Origin: Squalus acanthias
Lineage: Eukaryota
Reading direction: 5' to 3'
DNA length: 64,000 nucleotides
Assembly: GCA_030390025.1 (NCBI GenBank)
Contig: CM059432.1
Coordinates: 140,308,001-140,372,000, forward strand
Below are positions 62,705-64,000 of this stretch, piece after piece (positions within the stretch are counted from its first letter, which is position 1; each line of letters opens with the position of its first letter). The notes under the pieces were generated by a model. The model had not been told where the DNA came from and searched no databases. It saw only the letters and a program-made list of their open reading frames with translations. A program made the position numbers and the translations under genes.

Positions 62705-63143
62705 CTACATTGGCGCCCGGTTGAGCAACGACTCAATTTTAAAATTGTCATCCTTGTTTTCAAAACCCTCCATGGCCTCACACTTCCCTAACGCTATAAA
62801 CTCCTCCAGCCCCACAACCCACCAAGATCTCTGCTCTCCTCCACTTCTGGCCTCTTGCGAATCCCTGATTTCAATCACTCCACCATTGGTGGCCGTGCCT
62901 TCAGTTGCAGAGGCCCAAAGCTCTGGAATTCCCTCCCTAAACCTCTCCGCCTCTCTACCTCTCTCTCCTCCTTTAAGACGCTCCTTAAAACCTACCTCTT
63001 TGACCAAGCTTTTGGTCACCTTGTCCTAATATCTCCTCATGTGGCTCGGTCTCAAATTTGGTTTGATATTCGCTCCTGTGAAGCGCCTCGGGAGGTTTTA
63101 CCACATTAAAGACGCTATATAAATGCAAGTTGTCGTTGTCGTT
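62705..63143 (+). mobile_element. L2 LINE 3' end
   Basis: GGRAFSCRGPKLWNSLP...FKTLLKTYLFDQAF. Confidence 0.9.
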
Positions 63144-64000
63144 GAACCGCGCTCATGCCTCCTAGCAGCAAATCCAGGAAAAATGCCCTCCGGACAATTT
63201 TTTTTGTGCTACGGGGACCAAAAAAGGGGATAGGCAAAGAAAATTCAATCAAATTCAAAGCCAGATGTGGTGCATTAATATTACTATTAAAAAAAAAACT
63301 ACTGTGAAACGCTTGGCTAAGCTCCAAGTTTGCAAAGCATGATTCAGGATTCTTTCTGAACCTGATATCCCACTGTGTTACCAGGAAGCAGCGAAAACCC
63401 AGCTGTAGTCCCAAAACCTAATTAAAAAGGATTAGTTTAGCATCCCTCGCCTGTTGTTTTAGTCCTCCCTAAAGTAGCCTGCACTGATGATTTCGAGGCG
63501 GCTTGCACAGAATTTCTCTTCGGCCCCAATTATGATTAAATCAATCAGTGGTTGCTCTCCCTTTTTTGTACTTCAACCGATAACTGCCGTTATCCGGGCA
63601 CGTCACTAATAGTGCAAGCGCTGTGAGGGCCTGACAGCTGAAACATGGTGGGGGGAAACTGTCTAAAGGCACCAGGGACCCAATCATTACCAAAACACGG
63701 TTCCTGTTCTCAACTTTCCCAGAGCAGATGGAGGCCGTCTTTCCACCGGGATCGCTCGTTGACTGACACCAGCAGCCCATCTGATTACAGAGTACTGATA
63801 ACACTTTTCATTAGTGGCAATATTTACATTGCAGCGGTTCAAACAAAAGCTTAATTTTTTTTTTTACTTTTACTCGGCAATTCGCCCATGGAGGCACAGG
63901 ATTTAACTGCAGAAATACGAAGAGCCAGGTCAAAGGCACAACGAGAGTCTCCTGAGCTGAGAAAATGGCTCGGATTATACAGGACCCTGTGTGAAACGTG

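Overview
Repeat-dominated, non-coding vertebrate genomic DNA. The mix of SacSINE1-like DeuSINEs, an HE1-like V-SINE, CR1, L2 and RTE LINEs, Penelope-like elements (PLEs) and PIF/Harbinger transposons suggests a cartilaginous fish (inference). No recognisable host protein-coding gene was found; the long ORFs are microsatellite artefacts or transposon-derived. Main structures: (1) a 2.4-kb near-perfect palindrome of two inverted 5'-truncated PLE copies (GIY-YIG endonuclease plus minimal hammerhead ribozyme) inserted with a 12-bp TSD into a MITE; (2) short hammerhead-bearing derivatives of two PLE families; (3) about a dozen Harbinger-type MITEs, one family (4 copies) carrying NRF1, GC-box, YY1, CCAAT and E-box motifs followed by co-oriented consensus splice donors; (4) an internally deleted Harbinger element retaining a three-exon Myb/SANT gene; (5) a 1.5-kb segment at 58.5-60.0 kb made of inverted copies of two other loci in this window; (6) a 25-bp minisatellite derived from a CR1 tail. 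Boundaries of old repeats are approximate; no searches or folding programs were run.
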